Shown one piece after another: positions 53,911 to 64,000 of a stretch of 64,000 bases of DNA. The DNA lies in contig URAK01000008.1 in the NCBI GenBank assembly GCA_900545705.1, positions 72,096-136,095 on the forward strand. Direction: 5' to 3'. The first letter of the stretch is position 1. Each line of letters begins with the position of its first letter. Below the pieces are notes generated by a model that was given only the letters and a program-made list of their open reading frames with translations, was not told the origin of the DNA and searched no databases. A program made the translations under genes and the position numbers. The stretch is from an uncultured Opitutales bacterium (GTDB taxonomy: Bacteria; Verrucomicrobiota; Verrucomicrobiia; Opitutales; Intestinicryptomonadaceae).

Positions 53911-56226
53911 ATGTTTAGGAAATTATTATACATATCTTCTCTTTTGGCGTTTTCGGCTCTTGCGGCGCGCGCCATAACGGTCGTTTCGGAGGACGCGTCT
54001 ATACCAAAGCACTATGTTCCGCCGGTTGTCGGCAACGGCTCTATATGCACGAGCATCGACTTTGAAGGCGAACAATTCCAGAAAAAATACCGCTCGTACT
54101 ATCCCGAAGTAGTCTGGGCTGGCAGAAGGTATTCGCGCACAGACAACTATTCAGCCCTCATCACTATGGGGCACTATAAGACTTCGATTACCGTCGGCGG
54201 CAAGCCCCTCGGGAAGCCTCTCTCGTGGGAGCAAGAGCTCGACCGCGAAAACGCACTAATCGAGTGCACTGTTAAATATGCAGAGGCTACCGTAAAAACT
54301 ACCGTATTCGTGCCGATGGGTCTCGATATGCTCGCCGTAAAAAAAGTGGTTGAGCCAAACGACAAGTCCGCAAAAGTCGACGTAAAATTCACATACTTTC
54401 TCACCGACGCGGACTCTGTTAAAAATCCGCCGCGAATGGTAATCGAAAAACCCGAAAAGCTGGAATCCCCCGAGCGCGCCTCCATCAGATACACAGCATA
54501 CGGATTGAAAGTCTACCGCGGGCAAATCCAAATCCTGCCTTCCAAGCCCTCAACTTTCGAGGCCGGCAAGAATTATGCCTCATTCTCAACTTCATTCGAC
54601 AAATCCCCCGCAGAAATATCGTACGTCGCCCTATATGCCGACAACTATAATACGGATATTGCGGGAGATATCGAGCGCCTCGCAAATAAAATAACAAAAA
54701 GCGGCGGCGAAAAGGTAAAATACTCTGACGTCGTAAAGCTCTCGAACACTGCCCGCCAAGACGAATTCCCCGAATCCGTGCGCGACGAACGCTCCGCAAA
54801 ACTCTTGGAAGCCGCCAAAGCAGGCTTCGGAGGGCTGCTCGAAAACCATAAGAAGGAATGGAAAAAATTCTACGAAGAAGGCTCGAAAGTCTCAATCCCC
54901 GACAAGGCAATATCCGACGTATACCTCACATCTCTCTACCACATGAAAACCGTCGCCACAAGGTGGTCGTTCCCGGTGACAATATTCGGGCACGGCGCGG
55001 GCTGGTCTGGCAGATACTTCGGCTGGGACGAATTCTACACTTCGGTCGGGGCAATGTCGGCGGGTAAATTCGACCTCTCCGAACGCCCGTGCGTATTCCG
55101 CAGAAAACTCCTCGCTCCCGCCATAATGAGGGTTTCATACTACCGCGCCCCGACTTTCAACAAAATAGGCGCAAGATACGTATGGGAAACAAACGAAGAC
55201 GGCTCCGAAGGCACAACCGACGGACTCTGGCTCGACCACGTCTTCCATATGTCAACAATCTCGGCCACGGGCTGGAAGCAATATCTATATACAGGCGATA
55301 AAAAATTCCTCAAAGAAACAGCCTACCCCGTAATGAAAGAGTGCGCCCTATTCCTGCTCTCGCACATGGTTTACAACAACGGCGGCAGGATAACCATAGG
55401 CAAATGCACCGACATCGAACGCCTCGGCCCGGCAGTGGAAAACGCATTCCTAACCTCGTGCGGCGCAATATACTCATTCGAAACCGCAGCAAAGGCCGCC
55501 GACATTCTCGGAATCGATGCCGAAACCGCAAAAACTTTTAGGGAAACAGCCGCCGGATTGCGCAAAACGCTTCCGCAAAACGACGAAATGTATATACCGT
55601 TCGAAGGCTGCAAAGAAAAAAGCATTGTGACAATATGCGGATATTTTCCATTCCCTGTGCTCTCTTTGGACGATCCCAAGGGGATAGCCGCCGTACGCGA
55701 CTTCTTCAAAAACATATATTCTGCAGGAAATATGGTTCCCGTCGGAAAATCGGTTTGCTCTTGGTACGCAAGCTGGCTTAGCTCCTCATTCTCATGCATT
55801 GGAGACGCAAAGAATGCGTACGATACCGCAATTCTCTCCATGTCGGGCGTCGGCCTTTTCAAAGAGCCGTGGGAAATCCTTGAAACCGGAAACAATCCGT
55901 GGTTCGTTTCGTCGGCAGGCAACTTCATTTACGCTTTCAACAACCTGCTATTGCACCAAAACGAGAAAGGCGAAATGAAAGTAGCATGGGCGGCTCCGGA
56001 AAGCTGGAAAGATTTCTCATTCACTCTGCCGGCGTACGGCGGAGGGAAAGTCGACGTTTCGGTCAAAGACGGCAAATTCTCCAAGCTCGACTACAAATCG
56101 GCCGACGGCGCCCAAAAGACAATCATTTTCCCCAAGCGCCTCGTTCCCGAAAATAAAATCGACAAATCGTGGGAAAGCGACGGGGATTTCTACCGTGTAA
56201 AAGTTTCGGGGGATTTTTCCATATAA
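53911..56226 (+). CDS. secreted putative (alpha/alpha)6 six-hairpin glycoside hydrolase
   Basis: 771 aa with a signal peptide (MFRKLLYISSLLAFSALAARA). An N-terminal beta-sandwich followed by a large helical catalytic-like domain. The family was not resolved. Confidence 0.4.
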   Translation: MFRKLLYISSLLAFSALAARAITVVSEDASIPKHYVPPVVGNGSICTSIDFEGEQFQKKYRSYYPEVVWAGRRYSRTDNYSALITMGHYKTSITVGGKPLGKPLSWEQELDRENALIECTVKYAEATVKTTVFVPMGLDMLAVKKVVEPNDKSAKVDVKFTYFLTDADSVKNPPRMVIEKPEKLESPERASIRYTAYGLKVYRGQIQILPSKPSTFEAGKNYASFSTSFDKSPAEISYVALYADNYNTDIAGDIERLANKITKSGGEKVKYSDVVKLSNTARQDEFPESVRDERSAKLLEAAKAGFGGLLENHKKEWKKFYEEGSKVSIPDKAISDVYLTSLYHMKTVATRWSFPVTIFGHGAGWSGRYFGWDEFYTSVGAMSAGKFDLSERPCVFRRKLLAPAIMRVSYYRAPTFNKIGARYVWETNEDGSEGTTDGLWLDHVFHMSTISATGWKQYLYTGDKKFLKETAYPVMKECALFLLSHMVYNNGGRITIGKCTDIERLGPAVENAFLTSCGAIYSFETAAKAADILGIDAETAKTFRETAAGLRKTLPQNDEMYIPFEGCKEKSIVTICGYFPFPVLSLDDPKGIAAVRDFFKNIYSAGNMVPVGKSVCSWYASWLSSSFSCIGDAKNAYDTAILSMSGVGLFKEPWEILETGNNPWFVSSAGNFIYAFNNLLLHQNEKGEMKVAWAAPESWKDFSFTLPAYGGGKVDVSVKDGKFSKLDYKSADGAQKTIIFPKRLVPENKIDKSWESDGDFYRVKVSGDFSI

Positions 56227-56380
56227 TAAAAAAACTACCCTGCGAAGGAACAGCCGCAAAAAACAAGTTTGGATTTTTTGCGGCTGTTAAAATTTTCCGC
56301 TTGACGAACGCCGCATAAAATAAAAATATTGAATCTTTAATTCCCGATGGGAATACAAAAAAGAAGGAGGTGAATCAAAG

Positions 56381-56581
56381 ATGCCCGTAGAAGTTAAACT
56401 CCGCAAGGGGGAAGCGATGGAAAAGGCCCTGCGCAGACTTAAAAAGAAGCTCGACAGGGAAGGAGTAATCCGCGATATCCGCCAGAAAAGATACTTTGAA
56501 AAGCCGAGCGAAATCAAGCGCCGCAAGAAGAAGGTGGCCGCTTTCAACAATATGCTCCGCCAGCGTTACGAAAACCGTTAA
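56381..56581 (+). CDS. rpsU: 30S ribosomal protein S21
   Basis: 66 aa, MPVEVKLRKGEAMEKALRRLKKKLDREGVIRDIRQKRYFEKPSEIKRRKKK. Confidence 0.95.
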   Translation: MPVEVKLRKGEAMEKALRRLKKKLDREGVIRDIRQKRYFEKPSEIKRRKKKVAAFNNMLRQRYENR

Positions 56582-56593
56582 CAGCTTTTATTC

Positions 56594-56625
56594 AAAAACC
56601 GGACTTTCAAGTCCGGTTTTTTCAT
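56594..56625 (+). terminator. rho-independent terminator after rpsU
   Basis: Stem ccggac/gtccgg with loop tttcaa, followed by T6. Confidence 0.8.
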
Positions 56626-56927
56626 TTTTAAAACAGCGAGCCTATTCCCAAATATCCGCCCTAAAAAATACCTGAGGTTAAAATCCTTTCCGCAAGGCGC
56701 ACTACGTCCGAAAGTTAAAACGGGTACACGCAAAAAATTTACCCCAGAGGATACCCAATTTATCTTCTTATTACATGGGAAATAAGGCAGGATTTTCTAT
56801 TTTCCCCCCAAAAAAACCCCAAGAATCTTCTCCCCCAAAATTTACAAAACAATATCCGCAAGCTCAAAAAACTTTACTTGATAGATTCGGGCTTTACCGT
56901 TTTAATGTTCCATCAAAGGACTAATTT

Positions 56928-57842
56928 ATGAAAAATATTTTTAGAAATATAGCCGCACTCCTTGCAATAACAGCCGCCGCGCTCGCATACGCCGACGCCG
57001 ACAATGTAATAAGGGAAACCATTCCCGTTTGGCCGGAAGGCAAAATGCCGGGCGCCGACGCCGACAAAATCACAGACAAGAACGGGAAAATACCGGAAAT
57101 AAAAGAACTGCCGAGACTTGAAGTATTCCTCCCGCAGACGCATAGGAAAACGGGCTTTATGATAATCTGCCCCGGCGGAGCGTACATGGGGCTTGCAAGC
57201 AATCATGAGGGCACGCAAATCGCCAACTGGATTTCGGACGAAGATATTCCGTGCGCAATCCTTTTCTACCGCGTTCCGAACAAACCCCAAGCCGCACTTA
57301 TGGACATACAGCGCGCAATAAGAATAGTCCGCTCAAACGCACAGAAATGGAATATTGACCCAAATAAAATAGGCATAATGGGCTTTTCCGCCGGAGCCAA
57401 CCTATGCGCCCGCGCCTCAACCCAGTTCGACAAAAAAACCTACGAACCAATAGACGCAATAGATACCCTTTCCACCCGCCCCGACTTCACGGGTCTCGTC
57501 TACCCCGCCTATTGCGACAAGCCCGGCAACGACTTGCGCTGGTCCGGCAAACCCTTGCGCGACGCCGACTACAATTCAACTTACGCCATTGCGGAAAACT
57601 TGAATGTCACAAAAGACACCCCACCCGCGTTTATTGTCCAGACGCAGGACGACTTCTACGCAAACGCGGCAATCGCCTATTATCTGGCACTCAAAAAGAA
57701 CAAAGTTCCCGCAAACCTGCACATGTTCGATAAAGGCGGCCACGGCTACGGCTTGAATAATAAGGCCGACCTCGTATCAGAATGGAAAGATTTGTACGAA
57801 GAATGGCTAGAACACAACAATTTTGACGGAAAAAGAAGATGA
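56928..57842 (+). CDS. secreted alpha/beta-hydrolase esterase (acetyl esterase/lipase-like), paralog 1
   Basis: 304 aa with a signal peptide. GxSxG nucleophile elbow (MGFSAGA) and the HGYG motif. Confidence 0.75.
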   Translation: MKNIFRNIAALLAITAAALAYADADNVIRETIPVWPEGKMPGADADKITDKNGKIPEIKELPRLEVFLPQTHRKTGFMIICPGGAYMGLASNHEGTQIANWISDEDIPCAILFYRVPNKPQAALMDIQRAIRIVRSNAQKWNIDPNKIGIMGFSAGANLCARASTQFDKKTYEPIDAIDTLSTRPDFTGLVYPAYCDKPGNDLRWSGKPLRDADYNSTYAIAENLNVTKDTPPAFIVQTQDDFYANAAIAYYLALKKNKVPANLHMFDKGGHGYGLNNKADLVSEWKDLYEEWLEHNNFDGKRR

Positions 57843-58744
57843 AAAAATTATTGATTGCCCTCTCCGCATTCGCCGCGGCATCGCTATGTCTCGCCTCCGA
57901 AAAATTCGATCTATGGCCGGAAGGCAAAATGCCGGGCAAATCTGCCGCCGAGCCGGAATCGTCTAAAATTGAGGATACTTGGATTGGCAAGAAAGACAAA
58001 GTGCTAATCATACGCAATGTCTCCAAGCCTACTGTGGAATTTTTCAAGGCAAAGTCCGACAAGCCCACCGGACTGGTTGTAGTCTGCCCCGGCGGCGGAT
58101 ACGGAGTAATCGCATACGGGCACGAAGGCACGGAAATCGCCGAATGGCTGAACTCGCAGGGAGTGTCGGCGCTCGTGCTAAAATACCGCGTCCCGAATAA
58201 TCCTATGGGCGCGCTTATGGACGCCCAAAGGGCTATCAGGACGGCGCGCGCAAACGCAAAAGAATGGAATGTAGACCCAAATAAAATCGCCGTTATGGGC
58301 TTCTCAGCAGGGGCAAGCCTGTCAGCAAGGGCGTCGACAAACTACGAAAAAAAATTATACCAGCCAATAGACAATATAGACGGGCTGTCCGCGCGCCCCG
58401 ACGGAACTATCTTGATTTATCCCGCATATTGCGACGAACCCGGCAACGAAAAGCGGTGGAAAAACTCAAAGAACCCCGGGCACGACTACAACGGAATGTA
58501 CAGGCTCGCCGGCGAATTGCCCGTCACAAAGGACACCCCTCCGGCATTTATCGTGCAAACGCTTGACGACGGTCTCGTCAACTCTGCAATATCCTATTTT
58601 CTCGCACTAAAGGAACTGAAAGTCCCCGCGAGTGTCCATATATTCCAAAGCGGCGGACACGGCTACGCCCTCCGCAAACTCGACAAGCCCGTCGACGAGT
58701 GGAAAGACTTGCTCGCAACTTGGCTTAAAGCGTACAATTATTAA
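57839..58744 (+). CDS. secreted alpha/beta-hydrolase esterase, paralog 2 (tandem duplicate)
   Basis: 301 aa. Shares WPEGKMPG, CPGGGY, MGFSAGAS, TPPAFIVQT and GGHGY blocks with paralog 1. A 4-nt ATGA overlap joins the two genes. Confidence 0.75.
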   Translation: MKKLLIALSAFAAASLCLASEKFDLWPEGKMPGKSAAEPESSKIEDTWIGKKDKVLIIRNVSKPTVEFFKAKSDKPTGLVVVCPGGGYGVIAYGHEGTEIAEWLNSQGVSALVLKYRVPNNPMGALMDAQRAIRTARANAKEWNVDPNKIAVMGFSAGASLSARASTNYEKKLYQPIDNIDGLSARPDGTILIYPAYCDEPGNEKRWKNSKNPGHDYNGMYRLAGELPVTKDTPPAFIVQTLDDGLVNSAISYFLALKELKVPASVHIFQSGGHGYALRKLDKPVDEWKDLLATWLKAYNY

Positions 58745-58746
58745 AA

Positions 58747-59391
58747 ATGCAGATGAAAATTGAAACATTCCCGTCCGGGCAGCTTGATACAAACTCGTAC
58801 TTAGTATACGGCGCATCGCAGGGCGAAGCAGTCCTTATCGACGCCCCATTTGGCTCGGCAGATCAAGTAATGCCGCGCCTTAAAGAGGAAAACTTGAAGC
58901 TAAGGGCAGTTCTAATAACGCACGGGCACTGGGACCATATCGGCGACGCCGCAAAAATCTCCGCTGCCTGCCAAGCGCCAATTATAGCCGGCGCTGAGGG
59001 CAAACAGCTCATCGAAAATCCGGAATTCCAAACTAGCCGCCTATTCGGGCAGATAAAACTCGATAAAACCGTCGTAAGCATAGAGCCAAAAGACGGCGAC
59101 ATATTGGAATACGCGGGTTTCAAAATAAAATGCCTCGAAGTTCCCGGCCATTGTCCGGGTAGCCTTGCGTTTATTTTTGAAGACGAAGGCAAAACCTGCG
59201 CTTTTGTGGGCGACTTGATTTTTGAAGGCAGCGTTGGGCGCACTGACCTTTGGGGCGGAGACTTCCCGACCCTTGAAAAATCGGTAAAGAAAATATACGG
59301 CTTGCCGGACTCAACTGTAATATATCCGGGGCACGGCTACCCGACCTCCGTCGGAGTCGAGAGAACCTCTAATCCATTTGTAAGAGGCTAA
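58747..59391 (+). CDS. MBL-fold metallo-hydrolase (glyoxalase II-like)
   Basis: 214 aa, HxHxDH motif (ITHGHWDHIGD). Confidence 0.8.
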   Translation: MQMKIETFPSGQLDTNSYLVYGASQGEAVLIDAPFGSADQVMPRLKEENLKLRAVLITHGHWDHIGDAAKISAACQAPIIAGAEGKQLIENPEFQTSRLFGQIKLDKTVVSIEPKDGDILEYAGFKIKCLEVPGHCPGSLAFIFEDEGKTCAFVGDLIFEGSVGRTDLWGGDFPTLEKSVKKIYGLPDSTVIYPGHGYPTSVGVERTSNPFVRG

Positions 59392-59392
59392 A

Positions 59393-60496
59393 ATGCCCGG
59401 CTCCGAATTTTATATGCGCCGCGCGCTCGAGCTCGCAAGGCGCGGTTGGGGCGCTACTTCCCCGAACCCAATGGTAGGAGCTGTCTTGGTAAAAAACGGA
59501 CGCATAATCGGCGAGGGTTGGCATACGAAAGACGGCGCGCCGCACGCGGAAATTGAATGTCTAAGAAACGCATCTGAGTCTCCGAAGGGCGCCGATTTGT
59601 ACGTCACCCTCGAGCCGTGCAGCACGCGCGGACGTACGGGGGCATGTTGCGACGCGATAATTTCGGCAGGAATCGCGAGGGTTTTTGCGGCGACTAAAGA
59701 TCCAAATCCGGCGCATTCTGGCCGCGCCGAGCAAATATTGAAATCCCATTCGATAGAATGCTCATTCGGGCTTCTCGAAGAGCAGGCAAAGCGGCTAAAT
59801 TTTATTTTCAACGAATCCATAACTTCGCAAAAGGCCGTAATCGCGCTCAAATACGCGATGTCAAGCGACGGCAAAATTGCCGCAAAGCGCGGTGAAAGAA
59901 CCCGCATAACAGGCGAAAACGCGGCTGCCGATGTAATGAAATGGCGCTCGCTTTTTCAGGCCATCGGCGTGGGCTTCGGAACACTGTTGACCGACAACCC
60001 AAGGCTCACAGCAAGAATCAGCGGGAAACCGGAAAAATGCCCCGTAAGGCTCATTTTCGACGCGAAATTGTCGCTCGCGGAACTAACGGATATTTCCGCC
60101 TTCCACGTTTTTTCAGATGAATTTGCAAGCCGCACGAGGGTTGTTTGCGCAATGGAATCCGACCCAATCAGGGAAAAATCGCTCGCGGAGCGCGGGATTG
60201 CCGTAATGCGCGTGCCTGAGCCTTCGGATTCACCACTTTTTTGGGATTTTTTAAAAAAATCGCTTTTGCGGGAGCGTATTTCGTCGTTATATCTTGAAGG
60301 GGGCGCGCGCATATTGCAGTCCTGCTGCGCGGCAAAGGCCGCCGAATTCGCTTTTGAATATGTAAACGAATCCCTAAAACTCGGCGATTCGGCACTTTCC
60401 GCATGGGAGGGTGAACGCCCGTTTGAATTCGTTTCCCCGCAAGAATTTAACTTTGGGAACGACCGCATGAGCTTCGGAAAAATTAAATACAGATGA
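59393..60496 (+). CDS. ribD: bifunctional riboflavin biosynthesis deaminase/reductase
   Basis: 367 aa. CMP/dCMP-type deaminase zinc motif (HAEIECL ... LEPCSTRGRTGAC) plus a RibD C-terminal reductase domain. Confidence 0.9.
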   Translation: MPGSEFYMRRALELARRGWGATSPNPMVGAVLVKNGRIIGEGWHTKDGAPHAEIECLRNASESPKGADLYVTLEPCSTRGRTGACCDAIISAGIARVFAATKDPNPAHSGRAEQILKSHSIECSFGLLEEQAKRLNFIFNESITSQKAVIALKYAMSSDGKIAAKRGERTRITGENAAADVMKWRSLFQAIGVGFGTLLTDNPRLTARISGKPEKCPVRLIFDAKLSLAELTDISAFHVFSDEFASRTRVVCAMESDPIREKSLAERGIAVMRVPEPSDSPLFWDFLKKSLLRERISSLYLEGGARILQSCCAAKAAEFAFEYVNESLKLGDSALSAWEGERPFEFVSPQEFNFGNDRMSFGKIKYR

Positions 60497-61242
60497 ATCC
60501 TGAAACCGTAAAAAACTACTTCGACAATCCGCTGGTCGTAGCCGATTACGCGTCTGCCGCGGAAAATGTCGGATTGTGGAACTCCGAACGGATAGTGTTT
60601 GAAAAGTATATTCCCAAAAGCTCTAAAATAATAGAGTTTGGCTGCGGCGCCGGCAGAATATCCCTCGGGCTGAACGCCCTCGGATACGGCAACCTAACTG
60701 CAACCGACTTTGCCCCTAAAATGGTCGAAGCCGCCGCGGAAATATTCGCGCGGCACAACGCGAATATAGAGGCATTCGTCTGCGACGCTACCGATACACA
60801 ACTTAAAGACGCATCTTTTGACGCCGCGATTTTCGGATTCAACGGACTCATGCAAATCCCCAAGGCCGCTCAAAGGCGGCGCGCCATCGGGGAAATTTGC
60901 AGGATATTAAACCCCGGTGGAATTTTTGCGTTTACAACCCACGACCGCGGCGCCAAACGCAACGCCCACTATTGGGAAAACGAAAAAAAACAGTGGCAGT
61001 CAAACTCCCAGCAGCCAGTGCTCGACGACTTTGGCGACATCTTCTACGAGGGCGAACACGGAAATATATTTATCCACTCACCTTCTCGCGAAGAAATTGA
61101 GCTCGCGCTTTCGGAGGCAGGCTTCGACATTGTATTTTCCGCAGCCCGCCCGGAAATCGCGCAAGAGCCGGAGCTCGTGCGGGACTTCTCTGACGACTGC
61201 ATATTCTGGTGCGCAAAAAAACGACTTAATCTAGAAAAATGA
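60493..61242 (+). CDS. class I SAM-dependent methyltransferase
   Basis: 249 aa, motif I IIEFGCGAGRIS. Overlaps ribD by 4 nt. Confidence 0.75.
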   Translation: MNPETVKNYFDNPLVVADYASAAENVGLWNSERIVFEKYIPKSSKIIEFGCGAGRISLGLNALGYGNLTATDFAPKMVEAAAEIFARHNANIEAFVCDATDTQLKDASFDAAIFGFNGLMQIPKAAQRRRAIGEICRILNPGGIFAFTTHDRGAKRNAHYWENEKKQWQSNSQQPVLDDFGDIFYEGEHGNIFIHSPSREEIELALSEAGFDIVFSAARPEIAQEPELVRDFSDDCIFWCAKKRLNLEK

Positions 61243-64000
61243 AGAAATTAGGCATTCTGATAATGGCATTGCTATCTGCAAATATTTTTGGGGCTCCACA
61301 GTTTCGCGCGGACCCCTCTTTGAAAGTAAAAAAGTTGCCGAATATGATGACGGTTGCTGTAATGAAAAATTCAGAACCGCCAAATAGGGTATCAATGAGG
61401 CTGCTCGTGCGGCGCGGCTCCGCCCACGAAACCGAAGCTGAAAGGGGGCTCGCGCACTTTATAGAGCACATGGCCTTCAACGGGACAACCCACTTCCCTG
61501 CGGGAAGTATGGTCGAATATTTCCAAAGGCTCGGAATGGCTTTCGGTGCAGACACAAACGCCCATACGAGCTTCACGGAAACCGTCTATAAACTCGACAT
61601 GCCGGAAGTCTCGGACAAGCTGCTCGACGATGGAATGCTCCTGCTGCGAGACTACTGCGACGGCATGCTTCTCGAACCCTCCGCAATAAACAAGGAAAGA
61701 GGCGTCATTATCGCCGAAATGAAGTCGCGCGACACAAACGAATACCGAAAGGCAGTCAAGGAAATCTCCCACTATTTCAAAGGCTCGATTTTCGGAGACA
61801 GAATGCCCATCGGTCTTGAGAAGGTCGTAAACAGCGCACAAAAGAGCGATTTTGAAAATTTCTACCGCGCCAACTACAAGCCCGAGAACACGGTGCTCGT
61901 GGTTGTCGGCGACGTCGATTGCGATAAGATTTTCGCACTCGCCGAAAAAACATTCTCGTCTTTTGCCGGCGACAAAAATTTCGCGGGCCGCCAAGACAAT
62001 TTCGGCTCCCTCGAAATTTCAAACGAAGTTAAGTCGATTATCGAAGGCGCGGACCTCGACGCCGACAGCATATACGACCCGATAGAAAACTCGCCAAAAT
62101 CATACGCTTCGGTCGCCGTATCGAAACAAAACACTGAAGAAGACTCCCTCAAAAGGAGAATCGAAGATGTGCGCTTACAAACAGCTTTGTTTGCGGTAAA
62201 TGCGCGGTATCTCAAAGTCGCCGACACCCCAGGCTCGGCTATCACAAACGGATCGGCCGGAATGTTCGACTTCTCCAGATTCTGCCGCACTCTTATATTT
62301 AACGCCGAATCTCCCGTCACCAAAGGCTCCGAAGCCCTCGCCGAAAATTTTAGGCAAATCCTCGGTTCGGCAAACATCTCCGAAGCGGAATTCGACGCCG
62401 CAAAGAAAAAATTATTCCAGCAGCTCGAAAGCGCAATAGCCTCAAAATCGACGCGCAACAACCGCGATCTCGCAAACGAAATAGTCTCGGCGTTCTCCGA
62501 CGGAACCGTATTCACTTCCCCGGAAAACGACCTGCAAATCGCAAAATTCGCTCTCGAAAACTTCTCCGCCGCCGATGCGGTAAAGCTATTAAAGCGCGAA
62601 TTCTCGGGGGCAAAAATAAAAATATTCCTTTCAGATTCAAAGGCGGAAATTCCACAGAGTGATCTCGAAAAAATTGTTTCCGACACTTTTGCGGCCGCAA
62701 AAAAATCGCCCCACGACCCGGCAAAATTTGAACCTGGCAAGCTCGCATTCACGGAATTCGGCGCGCCGGGGAAAATCGAGTCCGAATCGGAAGCCGCCGA
62801 CCTCGGCGTTAAAATGCTGCTCTTCCAAAACGGCGTTCGACTGAACGTCAAGCGGACCGACTTTAAAAAGGACGAAATACGCTTCAAAATCTCCTTTGGC
62901 AACGGCCTGCTCGACATACCCGGCAACAAGCCTGAATACTTTGCAGCACTATACGCGCTCACCGCCGGAGGCACAAAATTCCAAAGCGCAGCTGAAATTT
63001 CCGCCGCACTCTACAATATGAAGGCATCTCTTGGGGCTTCCATCTCCGGAAACAGTTTCGAGATATTCGGGGTAAGCACGCGCAAAGACTTTGACTCTAT
63101 CATATCGCTCGCGGCAACAACCGTATCGAATCCGGGGTTTAGGGAGGACGGAGAGGACTCGCTCGCAAAATTCGGAGAGGCTTTTTACCGCGATTACCTA
63201 ACCAATCCATCTACAAAACTGACTTTCGGCATTCTGAAACTTCTCGATTCCCCAATAGAAAAAGTCCCGGGAACGCTCGAAAACTTCAAAAAAATAAAAA
63301 TGCAGGAAATTAGGGATTGGCTTACCCCCATACTGCGCAGTTCCTATATGGAAATATCAATCGTAGGCGATATTGACGAAAAGGAGGCTATCGATAAAAT
63401 TGCAAAAACATTCGGAGCAATGCCGCCCCGCGAAAAGGTCAAACAGAATCCGTTTGCCCAGATCAAAAAGGCAGAAACCGGCAAGTCGGTATCATTAAAA
63501 TACCTTACAAAAGACGAGCCTCGCTCAATAGCCGCAAAGCTATGGTTCTCATGCGGAAGGCAGGATTCGCACAAAATGCGCATTGCAAACCTCCTTTCAA
63601 GCGTATTTGACGATGTCATGCGCAAGGATATACGCGAAGCTGAGGGCAAAGTTTACAGCCCGTTCGCGTACAACAATCCAAGCACATGGATTAAAGACTA
63701 CGGCCTGCTAATCGGACTCTCTTTTGTCACCCCGGAATACAATCGGGAAGTTCTATCCCTCATAGAAAAATGCGCCGATAAAACTGCCGCATCGATCACA
63801 ATGGACGAATTTGAGCGCGCGAAGATCCCCCTGCTCAAAGAGGTTGAAGCCAATATGCGCAAAAACGTCTATTGGCTCGAAGCCGTCCTAAATCTTTGCC
63901 AGGCTAAACCCGAAAATATAGAGCTAGCAAAAACCATACGCTCGGGATATTCCGAAATAACTCTCGAAGACGTGCAAAATGCGGCAAAGGAGATTTTCGG
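61239..64000 (+). CDS. M16-family zinc metallopeptidase (insulinase-like), secreted, large two-module form; 3' end beyond the window
   Basis: ATG at 61239 overlaps the methyltransferase stop (ATGA). Signal peptide (MKKLGILIMALLSANIFGA) and the inverted zinc motif HFIEHMAFNGT. The frame is open to the window end, so the protein is more than 920 aa. Confidence 0.8.
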   Translation, partial: MKKLGILIMALLSANIFGAPQFRADPSLKVKKLPNMMTVAVMKNSEPPNRVSMRLLVRRGSAHETEAERGLAHFIEHMAFNGTTHFPAGSMVEYFQRLGMAFGADTNAHTSFTETVYKLDMPEVSDKLLDDGMLLLRDYCDGMLLEPSAINKERGVIIAEMKSRDTNEYRKAVKEISHYFKGSIFGDRMPIGLEKVVNSAQKSDFENFYRANYKPENTVLVVVGDVDCDKIFALAEKTFSSFAGDKNFAGRQDNFGSLEISNEVKSIIEGADLDADSIYDPIENSPKSYASVAVSKQNTEEDSLKRRIEDVRLQTALFAVNARYLKVADTPGSAITNGSAGMFDFSRFCRTLIFNAESPVTKGSEALAENFRQILGSANISEAEFDAAKKKLFQQLESAIASKSTRNNRDLANEIVSAFSDGTVFTSPENDLQIAKFALENFSAADAVKLLKREFSGAKIKIFLSDSKAEIPQSDLEKIVSDTFAAAKKSPHDPAKFEPGKLAFTEFGAPGKIESESEAADLGVKMLLFQNGVRLNVKRTDFKKDEIRFKISFGNGLLDIPGNKPEYFAALYALTAGGTKFQSAAEISAALYNMKASLGASISGNSFEIFGVSTRKDFDSIISLAATTVSNPGFREDGEDSLAKFGEAFYRDYLTNPSTKLTFGILKLLDSPIEKVPGTLENFKKIKMQEIRDWLTPILRSSYMEISIVGDIDEKEAIDKIAKTFGAMPPREKVKQNPFAQIKKAETGKSVSLKYLTKDEPRSIAAKLWFSCGRQDSHKMRIANLLSSVFDDVMRKDIREAEGKVYSPFAYNNPSTWIKDYGLLIGLSFVTPEYNREVLSLIEKCADKTAASITMDEFERAKIPLLKEVEANMRKNVYWLEAVLNLCQAKPENIELAKTIRSGYSEITLEDVQNAAKEIF

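Noticed and set aside
61874-62974. 366-aa minus-strand ORF
   Set aside because: Antisense to the M16 peptidase gene, whose zinc motif and signal peptide make it the real coding strand. Ser/Ala-rich. Shadow ORF.

Overview
This reads as a bacterial chromosomal segment of about 52% GC, gene-dense, with many translationally coupled (overlapping) genes and no identifiable transposase, integrase or phage genes. Most of it is housekeeping: lysS, gdhA, hemC, ilvC, ilvE, glnS, hisH/hisB/hisC, aroC, eno, rpsU, ribD and one tRNA-Leu(UAA). Interspersed are secreted carbohydrate-active enzymes (a GH43, two beta-helix proteins, other putative glycoside hydrolases, and a tandem pair of esterases), a PEP-CTERM protein, and a type IV pilus / T2SS-like envelope cluster (PilM-N fusion, PilO-like, PilP-like, and a secretin with a TPR N-terminus). 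Several proteins have twin-arginine signal peptides and lysine/alanine-rich tails. Together with the PEP-CTERM protein this suggests a Verrucomicrobia/PVC-type organism, but that is inference. The most unusual locus is a tightly overlapped larC-larE-larB operon for the nickel-pincer nucleotide cofactor. Its LarC carries a greatly expanded histidine-rich insert, and two membrane transporter genes follow, one of them broken by an in-frame TGA. No larA-type client enzyme lies in the window. Other things worth a second look are a TAT-exported DUF362 protein next to a NapH-like membrane polyferredoxin, a 1.4 kb AT-rich non-coding stretch between two convergent genes, a 25-bp tandem repeat array, and paired direct repeats in the gdhA/deoR divergent promoter.
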